NCBI GenBank assembly: GCA_013115125.1
Contig: JABANN010000049.1
Coordinates: 62,001-99,095 of the forward strand
Reading direction: 5' to 3'
Source: Perkinsus olseni
Lineage: Eukaryota
DNA: 37,095 nucleotides
Shown here: positions 1 to 10,927 of the stretch, one piece after another
Numbering within the stretch: the stretch's first letter is position 1
Layout: each line of letters opens with the position of its first letter
Notes under the pieces: model-generated
Database searches by the model: none
The model's input: the letters and a program-made list of their open reading frames with translations, nothing else
What the model was told of the DNA's origin: nothing
Made by a program: the position numbers and the translations under genes

Positions 1-2
1 CA

Positions 3-203
3 CCGCCGAGTTCACTGAGAGTGATGGCCTTAGGTGATGCTGCCGCTACCGCGCTACCGTCAACTAAGAGCTTCCCAACCAGGCCTCGTTGGAGCTCATA
101 CTCATCGGGAGTGTCGCCCAGTAGTGGGAGATGGAGCCTTGACTTGGACACTCTACGGCATAGCTCCTCGGATACTAGGCATGCTAGTGACGTTAAAACC
201 TGA
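3..203 (+). CDS. Possible 3' end of a gene entering from the left edge (Ser-rich, unidentified)
   Basis: Frame is open from the window edge to TGA at 201-203, followed by AT-richer sequence converging on the minus-strand gene ending at 355. No recognisable motif. Confidence 0.2.
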   Translation, partial: PPSSLRVMALGDAAATALPSTKSFPTRPRWSSYSSGVSPSSGRWSLDLDTLRHSSSDTRHASDVKT

Positions 204-354
204 GTAATAGCAGTAGAAGTCATGGCACCATTCGTACCGTATCAAGAAGTTTTACAATGCACTTGCCTGCTATCCGCAATCACTACGATTTACATATACG
301 CATGAATCATACTTCCTCACAGTAAATGTACTGTACGACAGAAAATGATGATTG

Positions 355-1442
355 CTACACGATTAGGACCCCGCGCTGTACTAAATCTGCCTGTCCTACG
401 AACCAGAGGCCAGAGGAAATATCAATACTCTTCCATGACGGGACTCCCGTCACTACCTCTAGTCGACAAGAAGATTCCTTAGGATCCTCCTGCATAGCAG
501 CACCGACTTTAGAATCATAACCATAAGTGGTGATGAGTTCCAGACAGGCACCAGTCAGTTCTTCTAGCAGCTCAGCATCGTTATCAGCCGTGGGGCTGCC
601 ATCCTTTGATTCGACGAAAAACTTACGCTGTATTAGCGCTACTATACCAACTAGGTATCTAAGTTTGAAGCATGCAAACAACGAGGATATCTCCCTATCT
701 CGCGAGCAGGTTGAGACACGCGAGGGCACGAGCCCCAGCAGGGCTGTGGTAGACTGCCCCTCCCTCCACCCAGGCCCCCTACTACCGTGCCCTATCACTC
801 TTCATCCTGCCAGCTTGGACCCGTACCATCAGCCGTGATAGACCTCGTAGAAGGCCAGCTGCTGCTATGAAGGTAGTAGTATTGGCGACCTCAGTCTAAC
901 AGACGGTAAAATGCATCCCACCACCACCCGCCGCTGCTGCTGTTATTACCGCTCTATCCGGTAGAAGGGACAAGGCCTCCATAAGGAAGGTGTAGCACTC
1001 ACGAGGACGAGATACGACAGCTATCTCGCATCTGAGGGGAAAGAAGGCTATAAATACATCAGTCAGTGATAGTCATTGAATGATCGAGAGCGCTGATAGC
1101 TCGGAGGAGTTCACCGTTTCGGTTGCCCACATGGTATCTTTGAGTATCTTTCTTCCTTCTCGAGTCTTCTCAAGAAGGTTACCTTTGGCCAAGTCGATAA
1201 GGGAGCTAAGAAGGCCAGGGGCGACTTGACGGAGGGTTGTGTTCGTGCGAAGCTCCGACTGAGGATGTCCATATGGCGAAGTAGTCGATGTGTGGCACTA
1301 CATTTATTCGTTCTAAGAATGCTATTGCGCTGTCAGTGGTGGTGAAGGCTTTCATTTCCTGTATGAGCCTCTCTTCGAGGGCCGATGCCTCATCACTCAG
1401 AGGGACTGATCTCTCTGGAGGGAACTCGGCTACTGTGGACAT
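355..1442 (-). CDS. Multi-exon hypothetical protein (boundaries uncertain)
   Basis: Protein-like minus-strand segments (MSTVAEFPPERSVPLSDEASALEERLIQEMK..., SLIDLAKGNLLEKTREGRKILKD..., RECYTFLMEALSLLPDR..., terminal exon ...LLEELTGACLELITTYGY...GVLIV*) separated by intron-like stretches. No family recognised; start not resolved. Confidence 0.4.
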
Positions 1443-1700
1443 GAAAATCAAACCTTAACAACTACCATCACCATTACCACTTCTTACACTACTCCTAGCC
1501 CTAACATCAGTACCACTGGGAACACTGTTGAAAGCGGGTCATAGCGTTGAAGCAATCTGATGATACCGCTGTTCATGGTGGCCATGAGGGCTCTACGGTA
1601 CGACCGTCTACCCAATGCCTGCTCCACTGGTCATTCAACACGACAATGAGTAGCCTAACATCTCCAACATCACCACACGATCACTACAACCCTCATGCAT

Positions 1701-2427
1701 CTACTCTTTCGTCGACCCCTCGCCCGCGCGGCGATGAGCTTCCGAATCTGCTGGTCGACGAATGAACTGGCGGATCCAAGGCACAGTGGCATCATTCCTG
1801 TACGGCTGTCCAGGATGGGTCTCAATGTAGTCAGCAACCTCTGCACATTTGTTGCGGTCGACGCCTTTAGTATTGAGTATCTCCATAAGCGGTTCGTACA
1901 AAGACGCAACGGGATGCTGGGAGACGGTCTCTCCGTGAAGCTGAAACGCGTGTGAAGCTCCATGTCCTAGGTCATCATCTCCGTTACCTCCAGAAGCCCA
2001 ACGAACGCCGATGACTCTGTCATAGCTGAAAGAGAGCGGTGATGGAGTGCTCCGTACGAGGAGGAGACTTCAACTACTTCCAGTATGAAGCTGTATGAGT
2101 TATATTGTCTACAACCGTCTGCGCTTCGATGAGGCGGTCCTGGGGTCTACTGGAGGTAACGACGCGGATATCCAAGGTCGGATAGCGAATGATACAAATC
2201 TTGCTCATGGAGGTGCTGTCGCGGGCATCCTCCTCTACGGAGATGGTTCGACTGAAGGGTCTGGCCTATAAAATGGTGGGGTATCATCCACATTGGATCA
2301 TGCGGCTACTCAGGCCTACCTTATAGGTAGCCCGCAGAGCTAAGACGCAGCGGAAGTGTAACATCATCATCATCATCATCATCACCAACAACGACCTCAC
2401 GACGGAGGGAGCCAGGATGGTTGCCAT
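1701..2427 (-). CDS. Putative secreted protein, tandem paralogue B
   Basis: Exon 1 MATILAPSVVRSLLVMMMMMMMLHFRCVLALRATYK (signal-peptide-like), intron 2266-2319, exon 2 ARPFSRTISVEED...CIIRYPTLDIRV...IEAQTVV, exon 3 ...HPVASLYEPLMEILNTKGVDRNKCAEVADYIETHPGQPY...PWIRQF. Collinear with 3269-4036. The 3' end is uncertain: read-through to 1701, or a GC-donor intron ending at 1670. Confidence 0.65.
2362..2382. repeat. (CAT)7 microsatellite encoding poly-Met in the signal peptide of paralogue B
   Basis: Seven perfect CAT units, read as ATG x7 on the minus strand within exon 1. Confidence 0.85.
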
Positions 2428-2937
2428 AATGGAAACAAGTCCTGCCGCATAGAACAGTTGAGAAACAACATGCGTCAGCGAGCATGAAGATTATGGGGTC
2501 ACTTGGCCCTTTAACTGGGACGATGGAACCGACCCTGCGGATCATCAAAGGGATAATATCCCGAGTATGGAAAGAGAACCACCAACATCGGCTCCGGCCA
2601 CGCTCTACGATGGGAGGAGGCGGGCGATGATGATGATGTGATGAGAACTGATGCCTACACCGCACTCCCACATGGACCCGCGCTCAGTGGCCCTAGGGCG
2701 GAATTCCACGCAAGTGGGAGACACCCGAAGCAGCTAGTCCACGATCTTGTAGACTTACCAAGTCTCGGCGACAGAGACGGTGTGACGGCGTCGTTGGTGT
2801 GCGAGCCCCCGGGCCTCCTCATGCGAGGCTGTTGACGACCCGCTCCCTCGTTATCATCCTCTTGTAACGAGCCGAGATGCCATACATAGGCTCTCGGTTG
2901 TGGGACTAGGGAAGTATTTATTCATACCAACAGAGGG

Positions 2938-2962
2938 CCTGGGAATCGAACCCGCGATCTAC
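2938..2962 (-). other. tRNA T-arm / Pol III B-box-like fragment
   Basis: Minus strand reads GTAGATCGCGGGTTCGATTCCCAGG (GGTTCGANTCC box). No complete cloverleaf can be built. Confidence 0.3.
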
Positions 2963-3268
2963 ATACTTCCGTCACTCCCAGACGAATAAATAGGACCATG
3001 CGTCATCCTTTAGCCCCAGAAGGATGACACATAGACATTTTCCAGTGGATGACACTAGAGGATGACACAGAGCAACCTTCCTCTTCCCCCATGAAGCGTC
3101 TGGCTGGGGGAAGTAGCCAGTGCCTCCACCATCAACCCGATCCAACAAGATTGATAGGAGAAGTACGTAGCAGCCTTGACCTTAGCCCTCTCAGAATCAT
3201 AAACTAAGACTCCGCCATTGTTAGGTGAATAGCGGGACAATAGACCCGCGTTGCCAGCTCACGGCGGT

Positions 3269-4036
3269 CTAAGGCACTTCTAGCGCAACAAGGCATTCGT
3301 CCAACATGAACATCCAACCAAGAGTTGCCATTATCTTTTCAAGAACATCTTACCAGCTCTCCGATGAACTTCTGACTCCGCAGGGTTGAGCAAGAATTGT
3401 CGAATCCACGGGGTTACTCCATCATCCTTGTACGGTTCACCAGGATGGTCCTCGATAAAGTCAGCAACCTCAGCACACGTGGCGCCATTCACGCCTCTAG
3501 CGTCGAGTATTCGCATTATCGGCTGGTACAGGCGACCGATGGGATGTTCTGGGACAATGCTTTCGGGCAACAGAAAGGCCTGTCCAAGGCCTGTGGGGAA
3601 CCAGCCATGTTCGTTATGCTCGTGGCTCCAACGAGTAGTGTCGATGACCCTGTAGTCACTGAAAGTGGCGTTCGATGGTCGAGCAGGATATGAGCACTGA
3701 GAGGTCTTACGAGTACGAGAGTGTATAGCTTATGCCCTCCACAAGCGTCTCCGCTTCGATGTACCGAGAGTCTCGGTCAGGAGAGCGGATGACACGAATG
3801 CCCAAGGCTGGATACCGAACAACGCAGGTCGTGGAGTTTCTTTTCTCATCCCTCTCGACAGAGATAATCCGCCTCAGCGATCTGACCTAGGACAGGAGGA
3901 GAAAAGTTTCACATGTGGCTGAGCGTGTGGGCTTAGTGAGGCCCACCTCCGACCGCACAGCACGAAGACACACAGCTGAGGTTAGCAACGGCAGCAGGCA
4001 TGACATCAAGATGGAGCGAGTTAAGGCGGTAGCCAT
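3269..4036 (-). CDS. Putative secreted protein, tandem paralogue A
   Basis: Exon 1 MATALTRSILMSCLLPLLTSAVCLRAVRSE, intron 3887-3946, exon 2 VRSLRRIISVERD...CVVRYPALGIRV...IEAETLV, exon 3 ...HPIGRLYQPIMRILDARGVNGATCAEVADFIEDHPGEPY...PWIRQF, probable short last exon EVP*. Intron positions match paralogue B. Confidence 0.65.
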
Positions 4037-4952
4037 TATCAAAGGAAAAGCTGGTCTGCAGCCGAGGGGAGGAGATCTGTGAGAAGGACAGGATGGTCAA
4101 CGCCGAGGCTGTGACTTCTATCGTATCGACTATAGGCCGTCCGTACCACGTCCTCCCTCGGAACCCATACTACGCTACGGGAGTACTCGAGGCTTCGCGT
4201 CTAACCGAGACCTAATGATAGACCCGGACAGCAGTTGGACTGTCCTCTCGTGCGCAATGCTATCGTGCTGAGGTGCACAGGCACGGGTCTACCGCGTACC
4301 CTACATAACGAGACCTTGAGAGCCTCACCATGGTGAGCAGCGCACTAGGATGTCTGAGCGGATGGACAACAAGGGGAACAATCTTTTGACCATCCGGACC
4401 TGCCCCAAATACAACCTTCCCGTTCGATAAACACTAAGGCCCTGCGCGTTCTTGGAAGTGACAACCGCGACGAGCTACAACAAACTAAGGCAATCAACTA
4501 AGGGGCCATCATGAAGAGCGGCAAGCCTACCATCTATTGGACCATCACCTATCTTTCGTGGGCCTCGAAGAACTTGAAAGCGATGCCTCTCCACCTGACT
4601 CAAGATCTTAATCGATTAGTCGGGCGCGCGCGACAGAACTTTCGTTGGAAAAGCGACTTAGCGTGGGCCGGTTTGACGGGTGCGTCCTGTGAAGTTGCTA
4701 TTTTTGTTGTAACCTTTTATCTCGACCGTACCATTAATAAACTCTGCACGGAATTCGGTAAATTTTTGGGGTTACCATTTGGCCGTTACCTCCACCATCG
4801 TCGTTGCCATGTAGCCCTCCTGGACCAGCAATGGCGATTGGACGGGGGCATCTGTCTTGGGAGGAGGGAGGTAAATAGATCTCGACTAGTGTGTGGCGAA
4901 GTGGTCCTTTTGGAAGGCCTTTAACGGCGTACGCAAGTTCATTATAACGAAT

Positions 4953-7006
4953 ATGTCCAGTCCAACGGAGCAGCAGCAGCCTGCCAACGAGAAGCTCACT
5001 GAGAAGGAGCTTGCCAAGCTCGAAAAGAAGAGGGCCAAGGAAGAGGCCAAGAGACAGAAGGTATATGCTCATGTTGTGATGAGAGCCTCTGGATTATTAT
5101 CATTCTCAGGAGGAGGCCAAGGCCGCTCGCCTTGCTGAGGAGAAGCGCCGCTTGGAGGGCCCTGACGTGCCGTATCAGGAGCTGGTCACTGGCGAACAGA
5201 AATTCGGCCACACGTTTATCCAATCTCAAGTGAAGTCACTTGGCCGTAAGTTTACTAAGGTTACTCATTTGGATGCCACCATGAAGGACCAGAAGGTGGG
5301 CCCCCTCCTCCTCCTGCTGCTGTAGCCGCTGACCCTCTTTCCTTCAGGTCTGGATTAGGGCTCGGTGTCAGAACACTCGTAAACAGGGTGGTAAGCTTTC
5401 CTTTGTGACTCTACGACAAGGTCTAGGAACTGTGCAAGTTGTGGTATTCGGCGGTGATATCGCCAAGTTCGCCGGCAACCTCACTAAGGAGTCGGTAGTC
5501 GACCTTTACGGTACCATAACTCTCCCGGAAGAGCCCATTCGCTCTACCACCCAGTCTGAGGTTGAGCTCCAGGCTGAGCGGATCTTCTGCATCTCGCGTG
5601 CCGAGGCCTTGCCTCTTCAGTTCGAGGATTTGGAGAGGTAGATGGTCGACTACTGCTGCTGTTTGACATTTGTTGGTGTTCTCAGAACGGAGGCCGATAT
5701 TGACGCCGGTGAGGGAGCTCGTGTGTCGTTGGATACCCGTCTCGATAACCGTGTCATCGACCTGAGGACCAAGGCTAACCAGGCCATTCTACGGATACAG
5801 TCTGGCGTGTCTATGCTCTTCAGGTGAGCGGCCGCAGTAGGAAAGATTCCTTATAAGAAGTATCTTTTGTTCTCAGGGAGTATCTTATCAAGCAAGGTCT
5901 CGTCGAGATGCACACTCCCAAGCTCTTGGGTGCTGCTTCCGAGGGTGGTGCTGATGTCTTCAAGGTCCAGTACTTCGACCGTAACGCCTACCTGGCCCAG
6001 TCGCCTCAGCTGTATAAGCAAATGGCTCTCATGACCGATCTTCCCGGTGTTTTCGAGATCGGACCTGTTTTCCGTGCGGAGAAGTCTCTCACTCATCGTC
6101 ACATGACGGAGTTCGTCGGCCTTGATATGGAGATGAGATTCGCTGATAACTACCATGAGGTCTTGGACGTCATTGACGGCACGTTCGACCACATCTTCCA
6201 TGGTCTCAACGAGAGGTTCTCGTCGGAGCTTGAGGCTGTGAGGGCCCAGTATCCCTTCAAGGACCTCATCTGGACCAAGCCCTGCAACCGCTTCACGTTC
6301 GCCCAGGCCATGGGAATCCTCAGGAAGGAGGGACCAGCTTATGTAAGTGCTGTACCATCGCCAGTGGTTGTCGTTTTATGTCGTTGTTGTTTAGTTGGAG
6401 CGCGATATTGCCCACTATGAGAAGTTGGGTGAGACCAAGCGCGTCGATGAGATCAAGGAGCATTTGGCCACCGTTGTGAAGCACGAGGAGGATGAGGATA
6501 TGGGCACTAGTGATGAGAAGCTACTTGGAAGGATCATGCATGATCTCTATGATACTGAGTAAGAATAATGACACGACCGTTGCAACTTTTGACGGTTTTT
6601 CTATCAGTTTCTACATCATTGATAAGTTCCCTGCATCCGTTCGTCCTTTCTACACCATGCCCGACCCTGTCGACCCCAAGTGGACCAACTCCTACGATAT
6701 CTTCATCCGTGGTGAGGAGGTCACCTCTGGCGCCCAGCGAATCCACGATGCCAACATGCTGGCCGAGAAGGCTCAACGCCTGGGAGTCGAGCTCTCCACC
6801 ATCCAGCCTTACGTCGATGCCTTCAAGTACGGTTCATATCCTCATGCTGGTGCTGGTGTCGGCCTCGAGCGTGTTGTCATGCTCTTCCTTGGCCTACCCA
6901 ATATTCGGTAATAGACAGCACTTGTCGCTGCCTTAGTGCTTCTCATCTGTCCTCTTTCAGTCTCGTCTCGATGTTCCCCCGTGACCCCAAGCGTCTCACA
7001 CCTTAA
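4953..7006 (+). CDS. DARS1: Aspartyl-tRNA synthetase, eukaryotic cytosolic type (multi-exon)
   Basis: Lys-rich N-terminal helix, OB-fold region (FVTLRQG...TVQ), [14 protein letters not shown], motif 1 [22 protein letters not shown], motif 2 [21 protein letters not shown], motif 3 [16 protein letters not shown], and C-terminal [11 protein letters not shown] after intron 6908-6960. Confidence 0.97.
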
Positions 7007-7315
7007 GAAGTCATGGCATATCTTATACCTCTTCGAGTGTTTGTAACAAGGACTGTATTATAAGTGCTGACTTCTTCTCCTGCTCCTGCTGCTGTTGATG
7101 CCTCCCCTGACGGGGATTTCCGCCAGTGGCGGAGAATAGCGTGACGTAAGTCACTGATGATAAGGCCGTTAGCATTGTGCTTATTGATGGTTACTCCTCC
7201 CTCTCTGTTACAACAGATTTCAGCGCATCAGTGTTGTTGTGTTCACAGTAGTTCAATCTGAGGTAGCAATCCTGACCAGTAGTGGCAGTAGTCTTGGTCG
7301 TTTTTCAATATTACT

Positions 7316-10300
7316 ATGTCGAGGGCGATCGAGTTGGCGAAGCAGTATGCTGCGAGTGGCCTTGTAAAGGTAGATCAGGCCTCTCCAATTCCGGGCCTCC
7401 GTGAAGGGATGTGGTCAGGTCCCCCAGCCTACGGATACTGTCCATAACGACTGCTGTGTTCTGTCTATGGACACCCCATTGTACCCTAAGGACGGTCTGT
7501 ATGTGTCCTTAGAGGAGGGCTGGAAGGGCTATGGGCGTCCCTTCCTTGATGTTGATATTAACAGGCATGATACTACCAGTGCGGGGGCTGTGGTGTATCT
7601 CCATATCAATACTAAGCTGGTAGTGAGCAGAGCGATAGTGACGGTAGTGGTGTACGGTTGGGGTCAGGTGCCGAAGAAAAAGGAAGAGGGGGAAGAGCCG
7701 ACTAAGCTGGCAGTGGGAGTCCAAGGAGGCTTCGATGGCGGGAAGGATTATGAAGAGGAAAAGGTACGAATAGTAGTTGCCACCCCTCTTAAGAAGGGCA
7801 CCCCACTGGTCACCTCAGGATTACCAAATTGCAGTGGTTCCCTACACCGACAGTGGAGTGGAATCTGACTGGCTCTATCTTTCCCTGGATGATCTCTCCG
7901 AGCTTCCCGAGATCATTGGTGAGGCTGTCCTCGCCATTATTGACCACAAGGGTGCCGAGGACCAGGCTGCTGTGATGGCCTGGGAGGCAGGGGAAGAGGA
8001 GCGACCGATAAGCAAGTAAAAGCCTCTCGCTACGCTAGTTTGTAGAGTGATCCTGGAGGTACGCGGCGGAGCTCCCGCAAGAGGTGGTGACGAAGAAGAT
8101 AAGCCCTAACCCCTCTGATTGGTACTGTGAGAAGTCTGGTGATAGGGAGAATCTTTGGCTCAATCTGTCTGATGGCTACATAGGTAGTAGGGATGGTTGA
8201 GTCTAATGACAGGGCTGTCACTCGATTGCCGCTGAGTCGGGCGGATCACTACCACTAGGATTATGAGACGGTCAGTAGGTAGCTGTTGTGCTCGTAGGCG
8301 GTGGGCGGCGTAACTGGGACGGCAGTGGTGGTAGTAATGGTGCTTTGGACCACTACTTGGAGATGAAGGAGCAGGGCAAGATCTACCCCTTGGTGGTCAA
8401 GCTGGGCACTATCACACCTAAGGGAGCTGATGTCTTCTCCTATGCTGAGGATGAGGACACTATGGTTACTGATCCGTAATGAGAGGCGACTATCGACCCG
8501 CCTAGGTGCTGGCCATCATCGCTTCAGGAATCTAGCGGCCCACCTGGCCCATTGGGGCATCGATGTTATGAAGATGTCAAAGACGGACAAGTCCATGGCA
8601 GAAATGGAGGTTGAGTTAAACAAGGAGTTCGCCTTCGATCGGATCACCGAGGCCGGCAAGGAGTTGGATAGAGTCCGAGAGCCCGGGCTGGTCGGTCTGC
8701 GCAATCTCGGAAATAGCTGCTACATCAACAGCTTCCTACAGCTCATCTTCAGTGGTGAGAGTACCTGCTTTTGGGGAGGTTCGTAGATTGGTGGAGTTTA
8801 GGTAGTGTCGCTGCTTTGAGTGGGAGGTATGCGGATGAGGATGGGGCATTGCGGAGGAGTATGGCTCAGCAAGGAGCGGTAGTAGTGGAAGTGGTCGGTG
8901 TTTATCGATGGATGTTGTCATCACTGATCAGCTCGATCATGAGAGCAGCTCTGAGCGGACAGTGTTGGAGGTAGCTAAGCTGACAAACGCCCTCAATGGG
9001 ACAAGGTATTGTCCACCAATACCTAAGGATGAGGAGGAGAGAAAGTTGGACCCTTTTAATGGTAGTAGGAACGATTAAGGTGGGGTGAAATATTCCGAGA
9101 GTGAGGCAGGTATGCTGGCGCCTGTGAGCCTACGGAAGCACTTTGGCAAGGGCCATCCGGACTTCTCCACTTCGTCTCAGCAGGATGCAGCAGAGTGAGA
9201 TTATTCTGGTAATGGTGATAAATCAGCAGGGATTGTTTAGGTATCTTTTATATTTCTTGGACAAGCTCAATCGAGCTGAGCAAGCTTCAACCTTGGATAC
9301 CTTCCATGATGGCCTTGGCTTCAGTAGCGATCAGTTTGGGTACATCCTCGAGGACAGATTGGAGTGTCCTAAGTCGGGCACTGTGAAGTAGTGGCGGAGG
9401 GCAACCTCTTCGTGTAACGCACGGGTAGCTCTAAGATACTCGCAACGACGGGAGAATCTATTCCCGCTGGTGGTGAGTATGGACGATGCTGTGACTAGCA
9501 GTGCAGATGCCAGCATAGATGAGGGTAAGGAGTGGTACTGGCGCTGCTGCTGTAATAGGAGTGATGGGCTTAGGGGATGCCAAACGATTGAAGACTGATG
9601 GTGGTAATGAGAAGGTTGAGGGCGAGGGGAAGGAAGGCCCTCCGCCGGTGGTACCATTCGAGGCCTGCCTCAAGAGAACGATGGCGACTAGTAGCGTAGA
9701 AGGCTTCCGAAGCCCAGCTTTGGTAGCACGACGGTCATACAGACAGGAGTGTCTTATCATGTGATATTGACAGGATGGCGAATTGGTTACTGCTCTGAAG
9801 AACTTCACCTTCCTCACAATGCCGCAGTACTTGCTGATACAGGTGTCAAGGTGGTGCCCTACTAGTGAGGTTGGGGCCGAAGGGCATTCTGAAGAGTTCA
9901 GATACTATGTGGACTCCTCCTGGCAGCTGGCTAAGCTCAACTGTTCAGTACCGATGCCACAGGAGTTGAGTATGGAGCGGTATCATAATAAGAGCCCGGG
10001 CTTACAGCAAGGGGAGAAGGAGATGCCGGACTCGACTCAACCGGCAGCAGCAACGGTGGCCGCCCCCGAGGCTGATGAGGAGATACTAGCGATGCTCATG
10101 TCGATGGGCTTTGATAAGGAGAGGTCTACAAGGGCGTGCTTGAAGGTCGGCAACAGGTAGGAGGGGCGGGCCGTCGCTGGGGGTGACGATGCTCTCATTC
10201 TCAGCTCCGCCGATGCCGCAGCCTCGTGGCTGATGGAGCATATGGATGACCCTCCGACTCCGACCGGGGGTGGTAGCACAGAGGAGGATGCAGTAGATGC

Positions 10301-10833
10301 TGATGCCTTGGTTATGCTCACCTCCATGGGCTTCACTGATAGACAGGCTAAGGCGGCTATGAAGGCTACTAGCAACAATGTGGAGAGGGGTAGTAGTAGA
10401 AGGGAAGTCTGGATGTTGTGGTATCGGATCTACCTCAGCGGCCGATTGGCTGTTCTCTCGAACGGATGACCTGGATGCCGCTGTTGCTGCTGTAGAAGTA
10501 GAGGGGCAACAGCAGGGAGAGGCGGCGACAGGGGGGTAGCGCTATTGGTGCTGTGGATCTCTATCGTATTCTTTTACGCCCAGGTCTACAGCGAAGGAGA
10601 GGCTGTTGGCTAGTGATGGCTCTGGAGAGTACGATCTGGTTGGCTTCATCAGCCACGTCGGAAGGAATGTCTCTCATGGTCACTACGTCTGCCACATGCT
10701 GAAGGAGGTCAGCCCTGGTGGTCCCAAGAAGTGGGTCATATTCAACGATGAGAAGGTAGCTATTAGTGCTGATCCACCCTTCGACCTCGGTTACATCTAC
10801 CTCTATCGACGCCGACCCTCTTCCTCCAATTGA
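7316..10833 (+). CDS. UBP14: Ubiquitin carboxyl-terminal hydrolase USP5/USP13/UBP14 (isopeptidase T) family (multi-exon)
   Basis: ZnF-UBP-like domain ([10 protein letters not shown]...RRNWDGSGG...YPLVVKLGTITP), Cys box GLRNLGNSCYINSFLQ, QQDA.EY, two UBA domains (LMSMGF, LTSMGF..NNVERA), His box HVG...HGHYVCH, WVIFNDEKV, GYIYLYRR. Confidence 0.95.
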
Positions 10834-10927
10834 GTGATCATCACACCCCCGTAGTGAGGCGCGTTTCTACGCTGTTCGTGCTGCGTTCATGGCGGGTCTC
10901 GCCATGCAGACCGGTAGTTTTTTTGAC

